Of a DNA stretch of 64,000 bases, positions 1 to 10,182 are shown piece by piece. Position numbers and translations under genes: made by a program. Under the pieces are notes generated by a model, which had not been told where the DNA came from, ran no database searches, and saw only the letters and a list, made by a program, of their open reading frames with translations. Numbering within the stretch: position 1 is the stretch's first letter; the number at the start of each line of letters is the position of its first letter. Source of the stretch: an uncultured Thermoleophilia bacterium (GTDB taxonomy: Bacteria; Actinomycetota; Thermoleophilia; UBA2241); assembly GCA_963702475.1 (NCBI GenBank), contig CAVPCT010000001.1:192001-256000 (forward strand), written 5' to 3'.

Positions 1-935
1 CGGCGGATCGTGGCGTCGGGCACCAGCCTGCCCGCGTGCTTGCCGACCAGGCGGGCGTACTTGGGCCTGGTCCAGGAGTCGAACACCAAACGCGAGTGGC
101 GCCCGAGCAGCATCATGATGTGTGCGGCCGCGTAGGGTCCGACGCCGGGGAGTGCCAGCAGCCGCCGCTCCACCTCGTCGTCGGGCAGTCCGTCGGCCGG
201 CGTCTCGTACAGCTCCTCGAGGTCGACCTCTCCGCCGGCGACGGAGGCGGCGAGGGCGCGCAGGCGCGGTCCGCGGTAGCCGGCCCGCGCCACCTCGCGG
301 TAGAAGCTCTCGGGTGCCGCAGCCATGGCGACGGGGCTGGGAAAGGCGTGCCCGGCGCAACGTTCGCCCGAGGGACCCGGCGCCCGCTCCCCCAGTCCTC
401 GCACCAGGGCGGCGACCATGCGCTCGGTCGCCGCCCAGGCGCAGTTGGTGGTGCACACGGTCTTGACCACGTCCTCGAAGACCGTCGGACTGCGCACCAT
501 GCGCCCGGCGCCGGAGCACGCCCAGGCGAGCGCCGGGTCGCCCGCCGCCTTGGCGTAGAAGGCGCTGAGGTCGTCGTCCAGGCAGAGCATGCGCCGCACC
601 GCCCCCGTCAGGGCCGTCGCCGCGGCCCGTGTCACGGGTGCGCCGGCGTCGGCGGTGGAGATGCCGACGTAAGCGACGGGGAAAGCCCGGTGTTGGTCCG
701 GGGCGCCGTGAGGGCAGCTGCCGTCGACGGAGCAGCCCGGCGCGCTGCCGGCCGCCGGAGCCACGCGCACGGTCCGAGGGCCGCCGGGCGCGGCCAGCGT
801 CACGGCGAACGACAGGCCGCGAGCGTCCACCGCCGCCGGCGGCAGCGAGGCGATCCCGTGCGAGAGGAGGGTACGGCGCAGATCCACGGGCTCTCCCGCC
901 GGGCCGCGCAGGGTGAGTCCGGCGAACGCGCTCAC
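1..935 (-). CDS. HhH-GPD DNA glycosylase (AlkA/Ogg1-like), 3' end runs off the window
   Basis: Not in the ORF track. Manual minus-strand translation from GTG at 935 (overlaps the EamA stop) gives MSAFAGLTLRG...FEDVVKTVCTTNCAW...LLALPGVGPYAAAHIMMLLGRHSRLVFDSW, with the HhH motif LPGVG and a catalytic Asp. Confidence 0.8.
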   Translation of the reverse strand, partial: MSAFAGLTLRGPAGEPVDLRRTLLSHGIASLPPAAVDARGLSFAVTLAAPGGPRTVRVAPAAGSAPGCSVDGSCPHGAPDQHRAFPVAYVGISTADAGAPVTRAAATALTGAVRRMLCLDDDLSAFYAKAAGDPALAWACSGAGRMVRSPTVFEDVVKTVCTTNCAWAATERMVAALVRGLGERAPGPSGERCAGHAFPSPVAMAAAPESFYREVARAGYRGPRLRALAASVAGGEVDLEELYETPADGLPDDEVERRLLALPGVGPYAAAHIMMLLGRHSRLVFDSWTRPKYARLVGKHAGRLVPDATIR

Positions 936-1864
936 CCGGCGGCGATGAGGGCCACTCCGGCGAGCGCCACGGCCACGCCGGCCACCTGATGCCTCGCGAT
1001 GCGCTCGCGCAGCACGACGTAGGCGAGAAGCACCGTCACGACGGGGTAGACCGAGCCCAGCACGGCCACCAGGCTCAGATACCCCTGCGTGGTGGCCACG
1101 GAGAACAGGCCGTTGGCGCTGGTGTCGAGGATGCCGACGGCGATGAGGTACGGCACGGCCGCGCGCGTCATGCGGACGCGCGGCCTCAGCACCAGGAACA
1201 GCACCGCGAACAACGTGGCAGACGACATGCGTCCGCCCAGCATGGCCCACAGGGGATCGTGCCGGGCCGTGACGTCGTAGCCCACGAGCACGAGACCGAT
1301 GCACAGCGCCGCGAGCAACGCCAGGCCCACGGCGAGACGGTGGTCGCGCCGCGCCGGCCGCGCCGCGGTCGCGACGCCGAGACCGCCGCGCACCGCCTCC
1401 GGCTCCACCGCCGGCTCGTTGGGGAGCGCGGCTACGCCGATCGTCTCGCCGGGACGCTCCGGTTCGACGGCGGCGAGCACGACGCCGACGGCCGCCAGGG
1501 CGACCCCCACCAGCTGGACCGTGCCCGGCCGCTCCCCGCTGATGATGCCGGCCACGAACGGCACCACGGCACTCGTCGCGCTGATGGGGGCGACGATGCT
1601 CATCGTCCCGATGGCAAGGGCCTTGTAGAACGACGAGATGGCGACCACGCTGGCCATCCCGCCGAGCAGGACCGGCCACACCACGCCGAGGCCGGGCCAG
1701 GCGTGGCCGGTACCCAGCGTGACGGCTGCGGCTGCGGCGAGCCCCACCGCCTGGCTCCCGAGGATGACGGCCCACAAGCTGGCGCGGCGCGCGGTGAGGC
1801 CGCCCAGGAAGTCGCCCGATCCCCAGCAGAGGGAGGCGCCGAGGGCGAGAGCGATGGCGAGCAT
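932..1864 (-). CDS. EamA/DMT family transporter
   Basis: About 10 hydrophobic segments in two repeats; WGSGDFLGG and C-terminal LRERI motifs. Confidence 0.85.
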   Translation of the reverse strand: MLAIALALGASLCWGSGDFLGGLTARRASLWAVILGSQAVGLAAAAAVTLGTGHAWPGLGVVWPVLLGGMASVVAISSFYKALAIGTMSIVAPISATSAVVPFVAGIISGERPGTVQLVGVALAAVGVVLAAVEPERPGETIGVAALPNEPAVEPEAVRGGLGVATAARPARRDHRLAVGLALLAALCIGLVLVGYDVTARHDPLWAMLGGRMSSATLFAVLFLVLRPRVRMTRAAVPYLIAVGILDTSANGLFSVATTQGYLSLVAVLGSVYPVVTVLLAYVVLRERIARHQVAGVAVALAGVALIAAG

Positions 1865-1924
1865 GCCCGGAGGCTATCACGGCCGGTGGTAGGCTTGACG
1901 GGCGCCGCTCCCGGCGCCGCCGTC

Positions 1925-2284
1925 ATGACCGAGCCCATCGACATCCCCGAGAGCGACGACGACCTCCTCGCCCAGTGCGACGTGGAGACGTTCCGTGCCG
2001 GCGGGCCCGGCGGCCAGCACCAGAACGTCACCGACAGCGCCGTGCGGCTGCGGCACCGCCCGAGCGGCGTCACGGTCACGTGCCGGGCGCAGCGCAGCCA
2101 ATACCTGAACAAGATGGACGCCCTGCGGCGGCTCCGCCTCAAGCTGCGGCGCCTGAACGAGCCGCCGCCCCCGCCGCGCAAGGCCACACGGCCGTCGCGC
2201 GCGGCGGTCGAGAGGCGGCTTGCGGAGAAGCGCGGGCGGGCGGCCCTCAAGCGCCTGCGCCGCCCGCCCGGGACCGCCGAGTGA
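1925..2284 (+). CDS. Peptide chain release factor-like peptidyl-tRNA hydrolase (ArfB-like)
   Basis: GGPGGQHQN (GGQ motif), RSQYLN and a basic C-terminal tail; ATG at 1925 within track ORF 989..2284. Confidence 0.85.
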   Translation: MTEPIDIPESDDDLLAQCDVETFRAGGPGGQHQNVTDSAVRLRHRPSGVTVTCRAQRSQYLNKMDALRRLRLKLRRLNEPPPPPRKATRPSRAAVERRLAEKRGRAALKRLRRPPGTAE

Positions 2285-2291
2285 GGACGGC

Positions 2292-3101
2292 GTGACCACC
2301 CTCCTGGCGGTCTTCGCGGTCGCCGTCGTGGCGGGGGTGTTCGGCAGCATGCTGGGCGTGGGTGGCGGCATCATCATGGTGCCGATGCTCTCGCTGGCGT
2401 TCGGGGCGCCGATCAAGGTCGCCATCGCCACGAGCATCGTCTGCGTCATCGCCACGTCCACCGTCGCCCAGACCAGCTTTGCTCGTCGCGGCATGACCAA
2501 CATGAGGCTCGGCATGCTCCTCGAGATCGCCACGACGGTCGGCGCGGTGGCCGGCGGCGTGACCGCCGTCCTCATCCAGGGGAGCGTCCTGCAGGTCGCC
2601 TTCTCCGTCCTCCTGGTCTACGTGGCGTGGATGATGAACCGGCGCCGTGGCGACGCCGTGCCGGAGCCCACCGGGGTGCTGGAGGACTCCTACTACGACC
2701 CCGCGCTGAGGGAGCAGGTGACCTACGGGTGCAGGCGCGTGCCGCTCGGGTTCGTGCTCAGCCTGGTCGCCGGCAACGTCTCTGGGCTGCTCGGCGTCGG
2801 GGGCGGGGCCTTCAAGGTCCCGGTGATGAACCTGCTGATGGGCGTGCCGCTCAAGGCCACCATCGCCACCAGCAACCTCATGATCGGTGTGACCGCCGCG
2901 GCGAGCGCCGCGATCTTCTACGGGCGCGGGTACATGGACCCGCGGTTCGCCGTGCCCGCCGCCCTGGGCATCCTCCTGGGCGCGCGCTTCGGCCCGGGAC
3001 TGGCCGTGCGTCTCTCCGCCCGGGCCCTGGGCGTCGCCTTCCAGGTGGTCCTGGTCGCGTTCGCGCTGCTGATGGCGCTGCAGGCGGCGGGGGTGGTGTG
3101 A
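2292..3101 (+). CDS. TauE/SafE (TSUP) family transporter
   Basis: Duplicated GxxGVGGG motifs, AIATS repeats, hydrophobic. Confidence 0.85.
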   Translation: MTTLLAVFAVAVVAGVFGSMLGVGGGIIMVPMLSLAFGAPIKVAIATSIVCVIATSTVAQTSFARRGMTNMRLGMLLEIATTVGAVAGGVTAVLIQGSVLQVAFSVLLVYVAWMMNRRRGDAVPEPTGVLEDSYYDPALREQVTYGCRRVPLGFVLSLVAGNVSGLLGVGGGAFKVPVMNLLMGVPLKATIATSNLMIGVTAAASAAIFYGRGYMDPRFAVPAALGILLGARFGPGLAVRLSARALGVAFQVVLVAFALLMALQAAGVV

Positions 3102-3538
3102 TGGGCGACGAGCCGCGGGACCCGCGCCTGATCGCGGCCGACAGCGCTGCTCGCGAGGAAACGCCCGGCGGCGCGCCGGCGTCCGCGTCGCCGCCGGCGC
3201 ACGTTATGGACCCGCTCGAGCGCACGGTCCAGCGGGTGCTGCGCGACGGCCTCGCCGTGAGCTTCGCGCTGATGGCGGTGGGGATCGTGCTGGCGGTGGC
3301 CCGCGGTCAGGGTCTCGCCCCGCGCGTGGTGCCGCTCGGTGAGCTCGGCGCCGGACTGGTCGCCCTCGACTCCGCCGCCTACCTCTCGCTCGGCCTGATC
3401 GCGCTGATCGCGACGCCGTTCGTGCGCGTGGCCGGCTCGCTGCTCGCCTTCATGCGGCTCCGCGACCGGCGCTACGCCCTGGTGACGGCGGTCGTGCTGG
3501 CGGTGATGTTCGTGAGCGTCGCCCTCGGAAAGGCCTGA
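3101..3538 (+). CDS. DUF1634-like membrane protein
   Basis: VLRxG...LIATPFVRV...RDRRY pattern; the usual partner of TSUP genes. Confidence 0.75.
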   Translation: MGDEPRDPRLIAADSAAREETPGGAPASASPPAHVMDPLERTVQRVLRDGLAVSFALMAVGIVLAVARGQGLAPRVVPLGELGAGLVALDSAAYLSLGLIALIATPFVRVAGSLLAFMRLRDRRYALVTAVVLAVMFVSVALGKA

Positions 3539-3626
3539 GCGGGCCAGCCTGGCGGAACGACGGCCTGACCGGGCGCGCAGCCCGGCGGAACGAACGCCGG
3601 AGCGGGCGCGCGGCCCGGTCGCGGTC

Positions 3627-4886
3627 TCAGAGCGCGCAGGACGGCGGCGCGTCCAGGCCGCGCACCGCCGCCGCGGCGCGGCGCCCCGATTGCAGGGCGC
3701 CCTGCAGCGATCCGGTGTCGCGGTGGTCGCCGCACACGAAGAGCCCCTCGCGCAGTCGCACCGGGCGCTGGGCGGACGGCAGGGCGGCCGGCGTCTGCAC
3801 CGGAAGGGCGAACGGGATGCGGTGCACGGCCAGGCGCCGCCACGCGTCGACCTGGGCGCCGAACCAGCGCCGCACTTGATCGCGCACGGCGTCGTCGAGC
3901 GCTTCGTCGTCCAGCGGCGGTATGCCGAGGATGCTGGCCGACACGAGCGCCGCGCCCGACGGCGCATAGCTGGGCGCCACGTCGCTGGGCACGCACAGCG
4001 TGTTGACCGGGCCCTGACGCTCGCCGTTGAGCACGAGCACCGGCTCGTTGACCGGCGAGCGTCCGGCCGCGTAGTACACGCACGTGGTGGCACGGCCGGC
4101 CGGCGCCTCCAGGGCGCCGGTGAGCCGCGCCGCCTCGGGTCCGTCCGCGGCCACGACCACGGCGGCGGCCTCAACGCGCTCGCCTCCGGCGAGCGTGACA
4201 CCGCCGCCGTCCACGGCCTCGACCGTGCAGCTCAGGCGCAGCGCGCCCCCCGGCAGGCGTGAGGCCAGTTGCCGGGGCAAAGCCTGCATGCCGCCTGCCG
4301 GCAGTGTGGCTTCGCCCTCCGCGAACATCTTGAAGACGAAGGCGAAGAGGCGGCTGGATGTCTCGAGCGTCGGGTCCAGGAAGATGCCGCCGAGGTACGG
4401 CCGCCAGAACCCGTCGATCATGTCTGCGGAGAGACCCTCGCGCCTGAGCGCCTGTGCCGTGGTGACCTGCGGAGCGTCGAGGAGCTCGTTCAGCGAGTGG
4501 CCGATGAGACGCGAGCGCAGGCGGGCCACACGGAGCTTGTCGAGCAGGGAGCCGGGACCCTGGCCCAGGGACCTGGCGGCGTCCATCGGGTGCCGGAACG
4601 GGTCGGCGAAGCGGCTCACCCGTCCCTCGCGCCAGACGAGGGCGCCGGCGTAGAACGGGCGCAGGCCGAGCGCTTCGTAATCGAAGGCATGCCGCGCCTC
4701 GGGGTACGCGGTGGGAAACACCTGGAACCCGCGATCGAGCAGGAACCCGTCCGCGGCGTCGGTCCGCACGCGTCCTCCCGCAGCGCCGGAGCGCTCGAGC
4801 ACGAGCACGTCGGCGCCGTGACGCGCCAGCTCCACGGCGCAGCTCAGGCCGGCCAGGCCGGCGCCGACGACGACGACGTCGCTCAC
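3627..4886 (-). CDS. FAD-dependent oxidoreductase (amine oxidase/protoporphyrinogen oxidase-like)
   Basis: VVVGAGLAG, GGRVRT, DRGFQV and CGDH...GALQSG motifs; GTG at 4886 overlaps the MarR stop. Confidence 0.85.
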   Translation of the reverse strand: MSDVVVVGAGLAGLSCAVELARHGADVLVLERSGAAGGRVRTDAADGFLLDRGFQVFPTAYPEARHAFDYEALGLRPFYAGALVWREGRVSRFADPFRHPMDAARSLGQGPGSLLDKLRVARLRSRLIGHSLNELLDAPQVTTAQALRREGLSADMIDGFWRPYLGGIFLDPTLETSSRLFAFVFKMFAEGEATLPAGGMQALPRQLASRLPGGALRLSCTVEAVDGGGVTLAGGERVEAAAVVVAADGPEAARLTGALEAPAGRATTCVYYAAGRSPVNEPVLVLNGERQGPVNTLCVPSDVAPSYAPSGAALVSASILGIPPLDDEALDDAVRDQVRRWFGAQVDAWRRLAVHRIPFALPVQTPAALPSAQRPVRLREGLFVCGDHRDTGSLQGALQSGRRAAAAVRGLDAPPSCAL

Positions 4887-5398
4887 AGCGGCGCTCCCTC
4901 CCGTGCCGCCTCGAGCCGCGTCGCGGCCGGACCCGCGGCCGCGGCGCCCGGCAGCACGCGCTCCCAGTACGCTGCGAGGCCGGCCAGGTCCTCGGCGCCG
5001 AAGTGGCTGAGAAAGAGCCGGCGGACGCCGGCCAGGTGGGTGGGCCGCGCCACCGCGAGCTTCTCCCGTCCGCCGGCCGTGAGGACCGCCCAGTACCCGC
5101 GACCGTCCTCGTCGCACCGCTCGCGGCGCACGAGTCCGTCGCGCTCCAGGCGGTCCACGAGGCGGCTCACCCCGCTCGCGCTGAGCAGCACGGAGGCGCT
5201 CAGCTCGCTCATGCGGAGGCGTTCTCCGGAGGCCTCGCCGAGGTGCAGCAGCACCTCGTACGAGCGCAGGCCGATGCCGTGGGCCGTGCTGAGGTCGGTG
5301 TCCATCGTGCGCAGCAGGTAGGCATGCACGCGCAGCATGCCGCGCCAGGCCGCGAGCTCCGCGGCGCTCAGGGCGGCGTTGTGGGTCGGCTGCGTCAT
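4883..5398 (-). CDS. MarR family regulator
   Basis: YEVLLHL...SRLVDRLERDGLV...DGRG...LT; GGGGGAG RBS upstream. Confidence 0.9.
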   Translation of the reverse strand: MTQPTHNAALSAAELAAWRGMLRVHAYLLRTMDTDLSTAHGIGLRSYEVLLHLGEASGERLRMSELSASVLLSASGVSRLVDRLERDGLVRRERCDEDGRGYWAVLTAGGREKLAVARPTHLAGVRRLFLSHFGAEDLAGLAAYWERVLPGAAAAGPAATRLEAAREGAPL

Positions 5399-5412
5399 GT
5401 CTCCCCCGACTG

Positions 5413-5426
5413 CTTGACTGGTCAAG
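5413..5426. promoter_or_regulatory. Palindromic operator CTTGAC-TG-GTCAAG, probable MarR autoregulatory site
   Basis: Perfect 6-2-6 palindrome between a minus-strand TACACT -10-like hexamer and the marR start. Confidence 0.55.
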
Positions 5427-5612
5427 GGGAGTGTATACCTCACGGTGTCCTCCTGGTGATTGCACGGGGTGCACCCGCCGCGTAGAGTCACTCCCAGGCG
5501 GCCCCAGAGCCGTGGGGCCACGCTCCGGCTGCTCGCACAGAGGGCTCCCGTGTTTGCCGGCGGGAACGCTCTCAGTATCTACACGGTAGTTGAGTCGGAC
5601 GGAGGTCCGGTC

Positions 5613-5975
5613 ATGTCTGAGTCCAAACCATCGGCGTGGCAGCGACGTGAGCGGAGCCGTGATCTCACGGGTCTCGGCTGGCTCGAGGCGGACGTGCTCC
5701 GTGTGGTGTGGGACAACGGCGAAGTCACCGTGCGCGACGTGTACGAGGCGCTCCGCGAGCAGCGCCGCATCGCTTACACCACGGTCATGAGCGTGTTGCG
5801 CAACCTCGCCGCCAAGGGCCTGCTCGAGCAGGACCGGACCAAGGCTGCGTACGTCTACCGGCCCAAGGTCAGCGATGAAGAGGTGGCCAGAGGCATCCTC
5901 GACGCGCTGGTCGAGAAGATCATGGGCGGCCGTACGGAGCCGCTCATCGACTACCTGCAGCACCCGCGGCACTGA
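5613..5975 (+). CDS. BlaI/MecI/CopY family regulator
   Basis: LEADVLRVVW...AYTTVMSVLRNLAAKGLL...AYVY. Confidence 0.9.
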   Translation: MSESKPSAWQRRERSRDLTGLGWLEADVLRVVWDNGEVTVRDVYEALREQRRIAYTTVMSVLRNLAAKGLLEQDRTKAAYVYRPKVSDEEVARGILDALVEKIMGGRTEPLIDYLQHPRH

Positions 5976-6041
5976 CCGGAGCAGGAGCGCCGAAAGGCCG
6001 CGGGTCCGGGCTTTCCCGGACGGCCTCGTCGCCGGCCGGCG

Positions 6042-7412
6042 CTAGGCCCTGACACGCCGCCGCTCCTCGGCGCCGTGGAGCACCACCTGATCGCGGCCGC
6101 CGGCCTTGGCCGCGTAGAGAGCCTTGTCCGCCAGTTCCATGAGCTCGTCCAGGTCCGTGGCGTCGCGCGGGCAGGTGGCGACCCCGACGCTGATGGTGAT
6201 GTTCACGTCGGCCGGCAGGCCCAGCCCCGTGTAGCGTGTGCCGCTGAGGGTGCGTCGCACGCGTTCGGCGACGAAGAAGGCGTTCTCGCCGGGCGTGCTG
6301 GGGAGGAGCACCGCGAACTCCTCGCCGCCGTGCCGTGCGCAGGTGTCGGTGGTGCGCAGGGCGTCGCGGATGGCCTGCGCGACCGTCTGCAGCACGCGGT
6401 CGCCGGTCGCGTGGCCGTAGGTGTCGTTGAAGTCCTTGAAGTGGTCGATGTCGATCATGAGCACGCTCAGCGGCGCCTGGTGGCGCAGGCTTCGCGCGAT
6501 CTCCTCTCCGGCGCGCTTCATGAAGAAACGCCGGTTGTACAGGCGCGTGAGGTGGTCTGTGACCACCTGACGACGGATGGCGTCGTACTTGTAGGCGTTG
6601 GCGAGGGCACTCTGCACGTGACTCTGCAAGGTCTCGAGGATTTCCGGGGAGAGAAGCGAGACGTAGTCGCCGCTCGTGGAGGTCGCCAGCACAGCCATGT
6701 CGCCGACGTTCTCGACCTGCACGGGGACGACGACCTGTCCCTGCATCGTGTGTGGGAACAGCGTGCAGGCGTGCCCGGTGGCGCGCACGATCCGCCCCGA
6801 GCTGATGGCCTGCCGTACGGGGCAGTCGGGCACGAAGGCGCAGCAGTCGGCCGATGCGTCCGGCAGTTGCACCCCTTGGGGACTCTCCACGATCGCGAAG
6901 GAGCGGGCCTCCGCGTCCAGCAGCAGGAGGGCAGCGAAGTCCGCGTGCAGGAACTGCCGGGAGCGCGAGAGCACACGGTCCACCGTCTCGCTGTACGGCA
7001 GGGCCGCGTTCATCTCGCGACCCAGCTCGCCGACGTCCATGAGCTGGCGGTTGAGGGCCTGCACGCGCTCGAGGTCGTCTTTGATGCTCTGCGACACCCA
7101 CTCCTTGTCCTCGTTGGCGGTGAACACGGCGACGAGCGTACCGACCAGGTAGCCGAGCTCCCTGATCTCGTCGCGGTAGTAGGGATCGCTGCGCTCGTAG
7201 TTGCCGCCCAGGCGGGCGCGGGCGCGGCGGATGAGTCCGTTCACAGGGCGGTACACCCAGAGGTCCAGCACAAGGGCGATACACACGAAGGCGGCGAGCG
7301 TCGCCACGGCGAGCATCCACAACGGCGCGGCATGAAGCCACACCGAGGACGCAAGGAAGAAGACCCCGAGCACGACCGCCACCACGGCGACGGTCTTGAG
7401 CTCGAGGCTCAC
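6042..7412 (-). CDS. Membrane-anchored GAF + GGDEF diguanylate cyclase
   Basis: Two TM helices, a GAF-like region, DHLTRLYNRR, DIDHFK, an RTTD I-site and an intact GGEEF; start uncertain (7412 or 7481). Confidence 0.9.
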   Translation of the reverse strand: MSLELKTVAVVAVVLGVFFLASSVWLHAAPLWMLAVATLAAFVCIALVLDLWVYRPVNGLIRRARARLGGNYERSDPYYRDEIRELGYLVGTLVAVFTANEDKEWVSQSIKDDLERVQALNRQLMDVGELGREMNAALPYSETVDRVLSRSRQFLHADFAALLLLDAEARSFAIVESPQGVQLPDASADCCAFVPDCPVRQAISSGRIVRATGHACTLFPHTMQGQVVVPVQVENVGDMAVLATSTSGDYVSLLSPEILETLQSHVQSALANAYKYDAIRRQVVTDHLTRLYNRRFFMKRAGEEIARSLRHQAPLSVLMIDIDHFKDFNDTYGHATGDRVLQTVAQAIRDALRTTDTCARHGGEEFAVLLPSTPGENAFFVAERVRRTLSGTRYTGLGLPADVNITISVGVATCPRDATDLDELMELADKALYAAKAGGRDQVVLHGAEERRRVRA

Positions 7413-7589
7413 CCCCCGGTCGTAGCCGAGACTGTCGCCCCGGCGCCGTTCAGGCTGCTGCTCGGACGTGGCGGGCCTCACTGGGTTGGGCGGTCTCTTG
7501 GGGTATCGGCAGAAGGCCCGCTTCCATGAGGGCCGCGCAGGCGGAGAGGAGGCGTGCGGCCGGCGCGCCCGCGGGGCCCCGGCGCGGGC

Positions 7590-7766
7590 TCAGAGCCGGC
7601 CGAGGATGCGCCGGTCGTGCGTGGGACGGGGGCACGAACGTCGCTCGCCGACACGTCGTTCTCGCACGTAGTACGCGCACGCGGCGCAGTAGGTGCTGCA
7701 GCGAAGACGCGTGTCCACATCGGCGACGCACAGCAGCGGCTGGAACGTTTTGCGGGCCTGGTTCAT
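7590..7766 (-). CDS. Small 58-aa Cys-rich ERR/DRR-repeat protein (not in the ORF track)
   Basis: Manual translation MNQARKTFQPLLCVADVDTRLRCSTYCAACAYYVRERRVGERRSCPRPTHDRRILGRL*; fills the gap between co-oriented genes; no clear RBS. Confidence 0.5.
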   Translation of the reverse strand: MNQARKTFQPLLCVADVDTRLRCSTYCAACAYYVRERRVGERRSCPRPTHDRRILGRL

Positions 7767-7833
7767 CGCGCACGTAGTTCGGCGCGTCTCCGGTGCTTCC
7801 TGCCCACCCGCCGTGGCCTGGCCGGACCGCGGC

Positions 7834-8211
7834 TCAGCCCTGGAGGTAGCTCTCCACGACGGTCAGCACCTGCGCGATACGGAACGGCTTGGTGATGTAG
7901 CCGTCGATGCCCGCGTCGGTGGCGCGCTCCATGTCGGTGGCCATGGCCTTGGCAGACAGCCCCACGATGGTGATGTCCCTGGTGGCAGCGTCGGCCTTGA
8001 GCTCGCCGACCGCCTCATACCCGCTCACGACCGGCATCATCATGTCCATGAGGATGAGGTCCGGATGGTGCTCGTGCGACAGATCGACGGCCTCGCGCCC
8101 GTTGGTGGCCTTGTACACCGTGTAACCCTGCGTCTCCAGGGACATGGAGACGATGCTCAGGATGTCGGGGTCGTCGTCTGCGACAAGGATGGCCTTCGCC
8201 ACGTGGAGCAC
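7834..8211 (-). CDS. Single-domain response regulator (CheY/DivK-like)
   Basis: ILVADDD, LILMDMMMP, YITKPF. Confidence 0.92.
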   Translation of the reverse strand: MLHVAKAILVADDDPDILSIVSMSLETQGYTVYKATNGREAVDLSHEHHPDLILMDMMMPVVSGYEAVGELKADAATRDITIVGLSAKAMATDMERATDAGIDGYITKPFRIAQVLTVVESYLQG

Positions 8212-8215
8212 CTCC

Positions 8216-10054
<1,839 letters not shown>

Positions 10055-10182
10055 CGCTCGCCTTCCTGCTCTCCCGGCACCCACGGGGCCGAGGGTAAAG
10101 TATTCTATCGCGGGACCAGATGTCCGTCCCGGGCGGGCGGCCCGCCGTGCGCGGGGCGCGTCCGGTCGAAAGGAGGATCTCG

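Noticed and set aside
3627-5972. Apparent long fusions in the track (3627..5972, 13332..16064, 22667..26131, 38175..40415, 52424..54913)
   Set aside because: The N-terminal parts are off-frame read-through over neighbouring genes; the real starts are internal.
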